From: the human T2T-CHM13v2.0 reference genome, Homo sapiens
DNA: 64,000 bases
NCBI RefSeq assembly: GCF_009914755.1
Contig: NC_060948.1
Strand: one strand, 5' to 3'
Part shown: positions 1 through 16,520 of the stretch, piece after piece
Position numbering within the stretch: position 1 is the first letter of the stretch
Layout of the letters: each line of letters starts with the position of its first letter
The notes under the pieces: generated by a model
Told to the model about the DNA's origin: nothing
The model's input: only the letters and a program-made list of their open reading frames with translations
Database searches by the model: none
Made by a program: the position numbers and the translations under genes

Positions 1-156
1 CAAGCGCTCAACACCCAGGGATGGGGGGATGTGTGAGCCTTCACATCTGTGCTCCTCACCGCGTGCAAGACACACCGTCATGACCCGGTGGCAGGGATGG
101 AGCATCAGATCTATCCAGCCGTGCAGGATATAGCGTCTCATGTGTCCAGACCTGCA

Positions 157-790
157 GGCTGGAGTGCAGTGTGTGATCACAGCGTGATCCATTTTTATTC
201 TACTTGTTTTTCGAGACACGGTCTTGCTGTTGCCCAGGCTGGAGTGCAGTGTGTGATCACAGCGTGATCCATTTTTATTCTACTTGTTTTTCGAGACACG
301 GTCTTGCTGTTGCCCAGGCTGGACTGCAGTGTGTGATCACAGCGTGATCCATTTTTATTCTACTTGTTTTTCGAGACACGGTCTTGCTGTTGCCCAGGCT
401 GGAGTGCAGTGTGTGATCACAGCGTGATCCATTTTTTATTCTACTTGTTTTTCGAGACACGGTCTTGCTGTTGCCCAGGCTGGAGTGCAGTGTGTGATCA
501 CAGCGTGATCCATTTTTTATTCTACTTGTTTTTCGAGACACGGTCTTGCTGTTGCCCAGGCTGGAGTGCAGTGTGTGATCACAGCTCAGTGCAGTCTCAA
601 CTTCACGGGCTCAAGCAATCCTCCCACCTTAGCCTCCCAAGTAGCTGGCACCACAGGTGCGCGCTATCATGCCTGGGTAATTTTTTTAATTTCTACAGTG
701 AAGTCTCACTATGTTGCCGAGGCTGGTCTGGAACCCTTGGCCGCAAGCCATCCTCCCGCCTTGGCCTCTCAAAGTGCTGGGACTACAGGG
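157..790 (-). repeat. 80-81 bp tandem repeat (~5.3 copies) built from the 3' end of an AluJ-like element, followed by the rest of that Alu
   Basis: agcgtgatcc recurs at 181, 261, 341, 421 and 502; the unit contains ttttcgagacacggtcttgctgttgcccaggctggagtgcagt; Alu body continues 583-790. Confidence 0.9.
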
Positions 791-1327
791 ATGACACTGC
801 AACCAGAGACAGCTGCACCCCCGGCGTCTGGGGGATGAGAACTGAGCGGGAGAGTGCTGGGCACACAGTCCCCCCACCACACCAAACCCGAAAATTACCT
901 CCAAATGAATTAGCTCATAATTTAAAATAATCCTAAAGTAAATGGAGATAATCAACTCTAAAATGCAAAAGATACAAAGGAAAGCAGTTTTACCTGAATG
1001 TCACAAAATCCTTATGGGAAAGGGAATAAAACATCAGATACCCTGATCTGACTTTTAAAAGTCTTTTCGTGATCGACACACAGAAAGACCGACTCCTTGT
1101 GGGGCCCGGCAACGCGGCGGCACGCCCACCCGCACGGCCAGGACAGGGAACGAGGCCGCCAGCCCTGACAGTCCCTTCGGCCCCTCCGCAGTCCGCTACG
1201 GCGACGGCCCCCAGGCCTCCTCCCCGTGGCTCCAGTTCACCTTTTCCAGGACACGGCAACGGGACCCGGCCATCTGCGGACTTTTAGACCTGGCTTCCCT
1301 CGCTCAGCACACGCGTGTGGGACTCAC

Positions 1328-1409
1328 ACACCTTGCTCTGTGTGGATCGTCTGCCCACCTTGCTCTGTGTGGATCGTCTGCCCACCTTGCTCTGTGTGGA
1401 TCGTCTGCC
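1328..1409. repeat. 27 bp tandem repeat x3 inside a degraded L1 3' end
   Basis: ccttgctctgtgtggatcgtctgcc at 1331, 1358 and 1385. Confidence 0.85.
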
Positions 1410-1762
1410 TGTGTACTGCTGAACCCTATTCCATTATGGCTCTGCTGACCTCAGAGTAGCTCCCTGAGCAGGAAACACCGCCGGCCCCAAGGCCCACGTG
1501 ATGGTGCTGCTGAGGGGGACTCGCGAGGCAGACAAAGTCCCGAGCGTCTACAGTCGCACAGGGCACGCCGACACCGACCGACAGGTGTGAGAGGAGAAAG
1601 GAGGACGCCACAACCACGGCCGGCAAGTTCAGCACGCGTTCCTCGGCGGGTGACGGGACAAGAGGACGATCTGCAGACACGTAAAGATGTGAAAACGCTG
1701 CCGAGCTATGTGAGCGAGTGACATCGCGGAGCCAGAGGAGTCTTCAGGGTCACATGAACCAG

Positions 1763-1933
1763 TGGTGGGCTGTGGCTCGGAGCCCCCACCCAAGTCTCAC
1801 GGGGAACTGTGATCCTGAGTGTTGGAGCAGGGCTCTGCTGGGGGGTGACTGGGTGATGAGGGTGGACAGCCCCCTTGCCGGTCTCGTAATCCTGAGTTCT
1901 TGTGAGATCCGATGGTCTAAAAGTGGGTGGCAG
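1763..1933 (+). mobile_element. MaLR LTR fragment (MSTA/THE1D-like)
   Basis: cccccacccaagtctcac...gtgttggag...tgagttcttgtgagatccgatggtctaaaagtgggtggca resembles the 5' half of MST/THE1 LTRs. Confidence 0.65.
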
Positions 1934-1934
1934 T

Positions 1935-4570
<2,636 letters not shown>

Positions 4571-5065
4571 AATAAAAAAAGTGCCTGCTGTCTGATTCTG
4601 TTTACATAAAATTCCAGAAAATTCCGGCTAATCTATATTGACAGAAAGGAGGCCTGAGGTAGCGTGGGATGAGGGCAGGTGCGCGTCAGAAAGCAGCAGA
4701 GAAAAGTCCAGCGCACGTGCCCGCTCAAGCGCAAGGATGCAGGGACGCCTATTGTCTTGGTGCTGTGGATAGTTTCATGGGTGGGTACAGACGTCAAAGC
4801 TCATTGAATTGTACCTTCCACATGCACCATGCATCCCACATCAGTTATATCTCAACACAGCTGCCCCAAAATGAAAAAAAGGCAAACTGATGAGAAAGAA
4901 ACACGTAAGGTGGTCAACACGTACATCAGGGAAATGAGGAGTGCAGCCAGGACGGGACGCCTGCACACGCACAGAACGGCTAAAGGCAAAGCGTGTGGCC
5001 ACGTGCCCGCAGGGGTCAACGCTGCTGCCTGGAAATGCGTCACTCAGGGCCACCCCGGAAGCACG

Positions 5066-5390
<325 letters not shown>

Positions 5391-5649
5391 TAGCTTCTTA
5401 CAAAACTAAACATGTGGCCACCAGATGAGGCAGAGTTCACCTCTGCGGTATTAATCACCTCAGGAAAATGCAAGCATGTCTGCGTAAATCAGTGCACAGA
5501 CACACAGCAGCTTTACTCACAAGAAGCAAAAACCAAAGCAACCAGACGTCTATCAACCCTGGAACAGGGGAGAGATGGAGCACACACACAGCAGAAGCTA
5601 CTCAGTGATAGAAAAGAAACTGCCCATACGGCCAGGGACACATAGTGAG

Positions 5650-5957
5650 CCCTAAAGTATCCACACCCTGGCCAGCCACACGTGAGCCCCACAGTATCCA
5701 CACCCTGCCAGCCCCATGGTAACCACGCCCCAGCCAGCCACATGTGAGCTCCACAGTATCCACACCCCGCCAGCCACACAGCGAGCCCCACGGTAACCAC
5801 GCCTTGGCCAGCCACACAGAGAGCCCCACGGTAACCACGCCTTGGCCAGCCACACAGCGAGCCCCACGGTAACCACGCCTTGGCCAGCCACACAGCGAGC
5901 CCCACAGTATCCACACCCCGCCAGCCACACAGCGAGCCCCACAGTATCCACACCACA
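5650..5957. repeat. ~38 bp minisatellite (~8 copies) gccagccacacagcgagccccacRgtaWccac
   Basis: gccagccacac recurs at 38 bp spacing (e.g. 5807, 5845, 5883); flanked by L1 3'-end-like sequence. Confidence 0.88.
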
Positions 5958-7694
5958 GGACTTAATCAGTCCTCAACACACACATAGCGAAACATCTTGC
6001 TGTACCCTGTATACACAAATATTACTTGTACATTCAAAATAAAATTTAAAATAAAGATGCTGCCAGGAAGAAGTTAGAAACCACAGACAAAACGCTCCAA
6101 GAGTCCTCATGTGAAATTCTAAGAGAGGCAAAGCTACAGCGACCGGAAGCACATCTGCAGCTGGCCCGGGCCAGGGAGAAAAGGGGAATGATGAGGCGCA
6201 AAAGGAGGCACGTGGGACACCCACGGCAGGTGACAAACGGCCGGTCCTGCCTATGAGGATGGATACCCAGGTGTGTGCTTTACCAAAACGGATCAAATTG
6301 TACACTTAAAATTGGTGAATCTTAGGGTGTGTAATTATATGACAATACAGCTGGCCAAACAAAAAACTATTCAATAAACTAAAAAAAATGACAGAAGGAA
6401 GTGTATGTAAAAAAGATGACTGTAGAAATTCATGAGGGAAAGAACTGAAATAATCTGTAACACTGACAGCTGCTTTACTGAAAGAGATATACGTTAGTGT
6501 GTAGCATGACGGATCAAGAAAGGAACCGGAAATAAATGATTCTGTCAAGAAAGTGTCTATGTATGATGCAGATACGATCAATATTTTGTAAATCGTACAA
6601 GACAAGGAAAAGCTTTAGAGCAAGAAATTTCTAAGTTACGCAAAAAATTTTTAGAAAAAATGTAAATCATCAAAATAGTCTCCATAAATGAAAAGCCTGA
6701 ATTAGCCAACAACGTTTGAAGGAAATTAACAAAGAGAAAAGTGTGTTTTCCTGTGGGGGCAGCTGAGGGGGTGGAGTTTGGTGGAGGTGAAGGAGCTGAT
6801 GACTCTGTCTCAAACGGCTTCAGAGAAAACACAGAGGAGTGACAATGATGAAAGGGAGGAAATGATGTATGAGATCAGCCCTGACTCACACAGACAGGAA
6901 GAACCGGGCCAGGAGAAGGCACACACGGACCTCGCTGCACGGCCACGGCTAAGATCCACGGGGGGACCCCCCTCATCAAACTCAAAGTCCCCTCAGACGT
7001 GAGTTCTCAAGCAGCCGCCGGCCAAAGTCCACCCGCCTGACAACACGCGTGTGGAGCTGTGACTCCAGGCCCTCACTCAGTCACTCACGCGACGGGGAGA
7101 ACTCGAAACGGCAGTGACACCCCTACTCGTTCGTCCCCTGGGCCGGGGACCCGGCTCACAGAAAACCGTCCCAAAGGCACACGATGGAGACGTGGACGGA
7201 CATCTGCAGGTAGCGGCGAGCTGGGCGCCACCGAGACAGGCTCAGCAGCCTTGGCGGGGAAGCTGAAGTTTGCCTGCGGCCCCCACACACGCGGGACGCT
7301 CACAGGGTTCTGCCGCCACAGCGCAGGTGGATTAAGTCGCGACAGCGCACACCCTGCTGGCCTCTGCCCACAGTCACGGTGGGGCCTGTGGAGGTGTCTC
7401 TCGGACTCCCAGCGGTGCAGACGCTGCAAGCGACACAACTTCAGTCTCAGAGCTCTCCCCTGCCCCGCTGGGTCACACCCAGGTCACCCTGCTTCTCTGG
7501 GGCATCGAAGACAACGACAAAACTTGCTTTTTACCACCAAACGTGACATCCAGCCAACGGACCAGGTTCTTTCAAGTCTTAAAGCCTCACTACCTTAGAC
7601 GGCCAAGGCCAGTGCCGCTGTGCGTGGAAGCGAGGTGACACCGAGAACTGAGTCCTGGAAGGAAAATGACATGAAGCGCGCACATGAGAACCAG

Positions 7695-7955
7695 GCGCCG
7701 AGGCGGGGAAGCACCGCGGAGGGGAGGTGGCCGCTGTGGGGGGCGGCACCACGGGGGGGGGGAGGCGCCGTTGGGGAGAAGCACCGTGGGGATGAAGCAC
7801 CAAGTGGGGAGGGGCGCTGTGGCGGGGAAGCATCGTGGGGACGGGCGCCCTGGCGGGGAAGCACCGCGGCGGGGGTAGGGGAGGGCGGGGCGGCGCCCTG
7901 GCGGGGAAGCACCGCGGCCGGGGAGGGGCATCGTGGCGGGGAAGCACTGAGGGGA
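7695..7955. repeat. Degenerate G-rich repeat (ggcggggaagcaccgcgg...) within a CpG-rich segment ~7000-8120
   Basis: ggggaagca motif recurs about 7 times between long G runs. Confidence 0.7.
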
Positions 7956-8914
7956 ATACATGGGTCCCATGCAGGAACCTCACTGGGCTGCGCGAGCGGC
8001 TTTGTAGGACCCGAAGCGGACGCAGCGCGTGAGCTGCAAAAGAGGTGACTGACCCAGCCCGAGGCGCGCAGAGACCCTGTGGGTGGGGCCGGGCGCACTC
8101 CGCGAGGGTGAGTTCTCCACACAACGGAGGCTGTACTGAAAAGGATGAAGGTGTCCCAGCAGACGGAATGCCAGCAAAGAGACCTCCCAGTGAAGGAACT
8201 CTCAGAGATACCCCACAACTTCAAGAGCACCAAGGATAAAACGCGGAAGCTGAGCAAGGCGTGTTAAGTCGAGTGAGTCTGCCAGGGCACGGAGCAGGTG
8301 CTCACTCCACACGGGACAAGGAGATGGCACTGCTGTAACTACTTTTGGCAAGTTTTTACTGAGAGATGAAACAATTCTTAATGCTTCTGGTGTTTTAAAT
8401 TACAGCACACTAGGTAAATATTAGTTCTTTTCATTCACTACATGTTTGCAACCGACTGTAAGAAAGTTTCTAATATTTCAACAAAAATGATTATAGAATG
8501 ATCCTAATTTTTACTGGAAGATGGTTTTGCATGGTTGTGACTTATCTGGTCCTTTCATGGCCCCACACTGCCGTACAAGACAGGGACACCTCTACAAATA
8601 CGGAGTGACTTAGCAAAAACAAATATGCAAGTGTACAACAGCATGCTAATTTTTCTCTAAGAAATGCAAGAAGTATGTATGTTCATACTCATACACATAT
8701 TTGTACATAATTGCTCATATTAAAAGCTAAAATAACAATAAGAGGATAAACCAAAGCTATGGAAACTATTACCTCCGGGGTAGAAACAGCACAGACAGGG
8801 ACAGAACCTGGACTTACCTGAATGTGTCTAGTTTGTTAGTGCTCACTTTGTAACCATGGAGGTTTTTACATATTTATAAAACAAAACTTTTTAAAATACT
8901 TTAAAAACACAATC

Positions 8915-9517
<603 letters not shown>

Positions 9518-10336
9518 TCACAGCTGCAGAGCTGGAGAGGGCTGGGGGGCAGGGGTCTCACCGTGAGGGGCTCACATGTACCGTGCACCGAGGCTCTGGG
9601 GCTCTGACTTGGAGGGGTGGGAGCATCCACTGGCCAGCGACTCCACCTGGAGGGTAGGAGGCTGGAGATGCGGGCACAGGTCCCTGGAAACACAACCACC
9701 CACCAGGGGTCTAGACACGCATCTCTGGTGTAGGCCTTGCCTTGGTAACGGACAGACACTAAACTGAGTGTGCTCCATCTGTGGGCGTCCAGGCGGTCAG
9801 CCTGGAGAGCATGCAGCTGAGAAGGAAAGCAGGCGGCGAATGATGCACGCCGCGCCGCAGCACTCAGGGTGAGTCTAGAAATGGGCCCATGGGGCTGCTG
9901 CCAGGAGACAGGGGTCCACAGCTGCCCAGCCTGGGATGGCCGCTCCTCGGGCAGAAAGGGGCAAGGCCAGGAGGGTGCAGAACGGCCTCTGAGAGCCACA
10001 AGAGCTGGCACCACTGGCCCCGGAGGGGAGAGAAGGGGAGGGTGGCACAGGGCGGGCCTGCGCTCTTCACAGCCTCAGGATGAGAATGCAGACGGAATTC
10101 CCACTCGCGTTTCAGATGCTTAAGAATTCACACAGCAGCAACCAGACAGCAAACCTCAGACCACAACTATAACCTCAGAGAAAACCTGGGCCGCTCCCGC
10201 ACACGTGTGAAACGCACCCTCCTCGGCCGTGCCGCCTCACGCTCGTGTGACACGCACCCACCTCGGCCGCTCCGCCTCACCCTCACATGCCCGCAGTACC
10301 ACCTCGGCTGCTCCACGTCCCACGCGTGACACGTAC

Positions 10337-10522
10337 CTTGGCCACCAGGCCCATGTCGTCCATGGTGGCCCTCTCGTGGGGGAACCGGGCGAAGGTGCTC
10401 TCGATCTTGCTGATGACGGCATCCACGTTGACGGAGTCCTGCGGGCGTCCTCTGGGGAAGTAGAAGGTCGGAATGCTTTGGCTCGTGGCCGGGGGCAGAG
10501 GCTCTTCTTTCCGTGTCTGAAC
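10337..10522 (-). CDS. PPP2R3B: PPP2R3B coding exon 2, 62 codons VQTRKEEPLPPATSQSIPTFYFPRGRPQDSVNVDAVISKIESTFARFPHERATMDDMGLVAK
   Basis: Acceptor ctcttcag|GTT at 10523/10522 and donor AAG|gtacgt at 10337/10336; 186 nt, phase 0/0; contains the IPxFYFPxG motif conserved in B'' subunits; in frame with exon 1. Confidence 0.96.
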
Positions 10523-11279
10523 CTGAAGAGTCGACAGACAGCGCTCAGTTAGAACCTGGGAGCATCGAACGCCTTCTTCACCCGGACAACACACGGGGCC
10601 TCTCTAGGGCCGACAGTGCTGAGGCCACCTGATCCCAGCCGGGAGAGGACACACTGCAATCCCTGCGGGGGACCACACACGTACTCCACTGCAGGGCCCA
10701 CCTTCACCCAGGAGGCCACACCATGCTGCCATGGACCCCACTCTGGGTGGCGGCTCTGCGCCACTGAGCCCCCATCACACCGAGCAGGGCCCTGGGGACA
10801 AGGGCAGCTACGTGCCCCAGGCACCTGAGAGCCCAGCCAGGACCCACTCCCGATTCCCATGAGCCACACCACTGACCCCACCACACCTGGCAGGGACCTG
10901 GGGAAAAGGGCAGCCACGCACCCCAGACGCCTGAGAGCTCAGACGTGGAGAGGCACAGGTGCCGTCCACAGGCAACCCTGTCCCTGGAGCCCGGAAGACT
11001 CACATTCTGAGAGGCAGAGGCAGGGCAGGCAACCACACAGCCAGGAGAAGGGGTCGACCACCAGGTACTGCTGCGGACACGCCTCAGCCCCTCACCCGGT
11101 GCACAGCCCACGCCCACGGGCTCTTGGCCCCACTCAGCACCAGCACTCCCCTCACCCAGTATATCTGCAGGCCCCAGAACACTCACTCAAGAGTCTCCTG
11201 CTTGCATCTCTACACAACCTGCGAGGTGGACATTTGATCTCATCCCGTGATGTTAAAACACCATCTGAAACAGTTAACA

Positions 11280-11582
11280 GCATCAGCAACCGTACTGCGT
11301 CCTCCTCCATCAACTGCCCAAGGGACGGTGCTGCGTCCTCCCCCACCATCAACTACTGAAGGGACGGGGCTGCGTCCTCCTCCTCCTCCAACTACCCAGG
11401 GAACGGGGCTGTGTCCTTCCCCATCAACTACTCGGGACGAGGCTTCGTCCTCCCCCATCAACTACTCAGGGGACAGGGCTGTGTCCTCCTTGACCAACTA
11501 CCTAGGGAATGGGGCTGCGTCCTCCTCCTCCTCCATCAACTACTCAGGGGACGGGGCTGTGTCCTCCTCAACCAACTGCCAT
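11280..11582. repeat. Degenerate ~37 bp repeat (~8 copies) cctcctccatcaactactcagggacggggctgYgt
   Basis: catcaacta...gggacggggctg recurs with a variable cct run. Confidence 0.8.
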
Positions 11583-11714
11583 GGAGGAGGGGTCCAGGGA
11601 GGAAGTCCGCACACCAGTGGACCACAGCTCAGGGCCTTTGCACCCACAATCCTGACTGCCTGGATCAATCCAGGACTGGGTCCAAGCTCCAGTGTCCACA
11701 CAGAGAAAACAGCC

Positions 11715-11952
11715 CGCCCTGCTACTCCCACAGGACCCTCACCGCAGGTCACAAGGGTCCCACAGACAGCACCCCAACTGTCCCCACCCTGCTACTGCCA
11801 CAGTATCCTCACCGCAGGTCACAAGGGTCCCACAGCGCCCCAACTGTCCCCACCCTGCTACTCCCACAGGACCCTCACCCCAGGTCACAAGGGTCCCACT
11901 GACAGCGCCCCAACTGTGCCCACCCTGCTGTCCCTGCAGGACCCTCACCCAC
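11715..11952. repeat. ~66-70 bp tandem repeat (~3.4 copies)
   Basis: caggtcacaagggtcccac...ccccaactgt occurs three times. Confidence 0.85.
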
Positions 11953-12137
11953 GGTGAGACTCAGTTGTTTTTCTCTGATCCCCATGTAGGAGGAACAGAG
12001 GCCGCCTCCGTGACCTGGGGCAGAGCAGGCTTCCCGCAGTAGCTGCCAACTGAGTGCTCCTTCAGCACAGCTTTACCTAAGGGCACACCCCTTCCCTGTG
12101 ATTCAGAACGTGACCTCTGTGTCCTGGGGCAGGAGGT

Positions 12138-15100
12138 CCCTGCATCTCCCCGAGCCCGCGATCCCACAGTGCATCTCCCCGAGCCCACGATCCCGCAGTG
12201 CATCTCCCCGAGCCCACGATCCCGCAGTGCATCTCCCCAAGCCCACCATCCCACAGTGCATCTCCCCGAGCCCACCGTCCCACAGTGCATCTCCCCGAGC
12301 CCACCATCCCACAGTGCATCTCCCCGAGCCCGCAATCCCACAATGCATCTCCCCGAGCCCGCGATCCCACAATGCATCTCCCCGAGCCCAGCATCCCACA
12401 ATGCATCTCCCCGAGCCCAGCATCCCACAATGCATCTCCCCAAGCCCGCGATCCCGCAGTGCATCTCCCCGAGCCCGCGATCCCGCAGTGCATCTCCATG
12501 AGTCCACGATCCCACAATGCATCTCCCCGTGCCCGCAATCCCACAATGCATCCCCCCGAGCCCACCATCCCACAGTCATCTCCCTGTGCCCACCATCCCA
12601 CAATGCATCTCCCCAAGCCCGCGATCCCACAGTGCATCTCCCCGAGCCCACGATCCCACAGTGCATCTCCCCGAGCCCACCATCCCACAATGCATCTCCC
12701 CGAGCCCACCATCCCACAATGCATCTCCCCGAGCCCACCATCCCACAATGCATCTCCCCGAGCCCACCATCCCACAATGCATCTCCCCGAGCCCACCATC
12801 CCACAGTGCATCTCCCCGAGCCCGCGATCCCACAGTGCATCTCCCCGAGCCCGCGATCCCACAGTGCATCTCCCCGAGCCCACCAACCCACAGTGCATCT
12901 CCCCGAGCCCACCATCCCACAGTGCATCTCCCCGAGCCCACCATCCCACAGTGCATCTCCCCGAGCCCACGATCCCACAGTGCATCTCCCCGTGCCCACG
13001 ATCCCACAGTGCATCTCCCCGAGCCCACCATCCCACAGTGCATCTCCCCGTGCCCACCATCCCACAGTGCATCTCCCCGAGCCCACGATCCCACAATGCA
13101 TCTCCCCGTGCCCACGATCCCACAATGCATCTCCCTGAGCCCACGATCCCACAATGCATCTCCCTGTGCCCACGATCCCACAGTGCATCTCTCTGAGCCC
13201 ACCATCCCACAATGCATCTCCCCGTGCCCGCAATCCCACAGTGCATCTCTCGAAGCCCACGATCCCACAATGCATCTCCCCGAGCCCACCATCCCACAAT
13301 GCATCTCCCCGTGCCCGCAATCCCACAGTGCATCTCTCCAAGCCCACGATCCCACAGTGCATCTCCGCGTGCCCACGATCCCACAGTGCATCTCCCCGAG
13401 CCCACGATCCCACAGTGCATCTCCCCGAGCCCACGATCCCACAGTGCATCTCCCCGTGCCCACGATCCCACAGTGCATCTCCCCGAGCCCACGATCCCAC
13501 AATGCATCTCCCCGAGCCCGCGATCCCACAGTGCATCTCCCCGAGCCCGCGATCCCACAGTGCATCTCCATGAGTCCACGATCCCACAGTGCATCTCCCC
13601 GTGCCCACGATCCCACAGTGCATCTCCCCGAGCCCACCATCCCACAGTGCATCTCCCCGTGCCCACCATCCCACAGTGCATCTCCCCGAGCCCACGATCC
13701 CACAATGCATCTCCCCGTGCCCACGATCCCACAATGCATCTCCCTGAGCCCACGATCCCACAATGCATCTCCCTGTGCCCACGATCCCACAGTGCATCTC
13801 TCCGAGCCCACCATCCCACAATGCATCTCCCCGTGCCCGCAATCCCACAGTGCATCTCTCGAAGCCCACGATCCCACAATGCATCTCCCCGAGCCCACCA
13901 TCCCACAATGCATCTCCCCGTGCCCGCAATCCCACAGTGCATCTCTCCAAGCCCACGATCCCACAGTGCATCTCCGCGTGCCCACGATCCCACAGTGCAT
14001 CTCCCCGAGCCCACGATCCCACAGTGCATCTCCCCGAGCCCACCATCCCACAGTGCATCTCCCCGAGCCCACCATCCCACAATGCATCTCCCCGAGCCCA
14101 CCATCCCACAATGCATCTCCCCGAGCCCACCATCCCACAATGCATCTCCCCGAGCCCACCATCCCACAATGCATCTCCCCGAGCCCGCGATCCCACAGTG
14201 CATCTCCCCGAGCCCGCGATCCCACAGTGCATCTCCCCGAGCCCACCAACCCACAGTGCATCTCCCCGAGCCCACCATCCCACAGTGCATCTCCCCGAGC
14301 CCACCATCCCACAGTGCATCTCCCCGAGCCCACGATCCCACAGTGCATCTCCCCGTGCCCACGATCCCACAGTGCATCTCCCCGAGCCCACCATCCCACA
14401 GTGCATCTCCCCGAGCCCACGATCCCACAGTGCATCTCCCCGTGCCCACGATCCCACAATGCATCTCCCTGAGCCCACGATCCCACAATGCATCTCCCTG
14501 TGCCCACGATCCCACAGTGCATCTCTCTGAGCCCACCATCCCACAATGCATCTCCCCGTGCCCGCAATCCCACAGTGCATCTCTCGAAGCCCACGATCCC
14601 ACAATGCATCTCCCCGAGCCCACCATCCCACAATGCATCTCCCCGTGCCCGCAATCCCACAGTGCATCTCTCCAAGCCCACGATCCCACAGTGCATCTCC
14701 GCGTGCCCACGATCCCACAGTGCATCTCCCCGAGCCCACGATCCCACAGTGCATCTCCCCGAGCCCACGATCCCACAGTGCATCTCCCCGTGCCCACGAT
14801 CCCACAGTGCATCTCCCCGTGCCCACGATCCCACAGTGCATCTCCCCGAGCCCACGATCCCACAATGCATCTCCCCGAGCCCGCGATCCCACAGTGCATC
14901 TCCCCGAGCCCGCGATCCCACAGTGCATCTCCATGAGTCCACGATCCCACAGTGCATCTCCCCGTGCCCACGATCCCACAGTGCATCTCCCCGAGCCCAC
15001 CATCCCACAGTGCATCTCCCCGTGCCCACCATCCCACAAAGCATCTCCCCGAGCCCACGATCCCACAATGCATCTCCCCGTGCCCACGATCCCACAATGC

Positions 15101-16520
15101 ATCTCCCTGAGCCCACGATCCCACAATGCATCTCCCTGTGCCCACGATCCCACAGTGCATCTCCCCGTGCCCGCAATCCCACAGTGCATCTCCCCGTGCC
15201 CGCAATCCCACAGTGCATCTCTCGAAGCCCACGATCCCACAATGCATCTCCCCGAGCCCACCATCCCACAATGCATCTCCCCGTGCCCGCAATCCCACAG
15301 TGCATCTCTCCAAGCCCACGATCCCACAGTGCATCTCCGCGTGCCCACGATCCCACAGTGCATCTCCCCGAGCCCACGATCCCACAGTGCATCTCCCCGA
15401 GCCCACGATCCCACAGTGCATCTCCCCGTGCCCACGATCCCACAGTGCATCTCCCCGAGCCCACGATCCCACAATGCATCTCCCCGAGCCCGCGATCCCA
15501 CAGTGCATCTCCCCGAGCCCGCGATCCCACAGTGCATCTCCATGAGTCCACGATCCCACAGTGCATCTCCCCGTGCCCACGATCCCACAGTGCATCTCCC
15601 CGAGCCCACCATCCCACAGTGCATCTCCCCGTGCCCACCATCCCACAGTGCATCTCCCCGTGCCCACCATCCCACAAAGCATCTCCCCGAGCCCACGATC
15701 CCACAATGCATCTCCCCGTGCCCACGATCCCACAATGCATCTCCCTGAGCCCACGATCCCACAATGCATCTCCCTGTGCCCACGATCCCACAGTGCATCT
15801 CTCCGAGCCCACCATCCCACAATGCATCTCCCCGTGCCCGCAATCCCACAGTGCATCTCTCGAAGCCCACGATCCCACAATGCATCTCCCCGAGCCCACC
15901 ATCCCACAATGCATCTCCCCGTGCCCGCAATCCCACAGTGCATCTCTCCAAGCCCACGATCCCACAGTGCATCTCCGCGTGCCCACGATCCCACAGTGCA
16001 TCTCCCCGAGCCCACGATCCCACAGTGCATCTCCCCGAGCCCACGATCCCACAGTGCATCTCCCCGTGCCCACGATCCCACAGTGCATCTCCCCGAGCCC
16101 ACGATCCCACAATGCATCTCCCCGAGCCCGCGATCCCACAGTGCATCTCCCCGAGCCCGCGATCCCACAGTGCATCTCCATGAGTCCACGATCCCACAGT
16201 GCATCTCCCCGTGCCCACGATCCCACAGTGCATATCCACGAGTCCACGATCCCACAATGCATCTTCCCATGCCCACGATCCCACAATGCATCTTCCCATG
16301 CCCACGATCCCACAGTCCATCTCCCCGTGCCCACAATCCCACAGTGCATCTCCCCAAGCCCACGATCCCACAGTGCATCTCCCCGTGCCCACGATCCCAC
16401 AGTGCATCTCCCCGAGCCCACGATCCCACAGTGCATCTCCCCGAGCCCGGGATCCCGCAGTGCATCTCCCCGAGCCCGGGATCCCACAGTGCATCTTCCC
16501 GAGCCCACAACGCATTCCCG
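12138..16520. repeat. Large 29 bp VNTR (~150 copies) tgcatctccccgagcccacgatcccacag
   Basis: Strict 29 bp period over ~4.4 kb, with variant units arranged in higher-order blocks. Confidence 0.98.
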
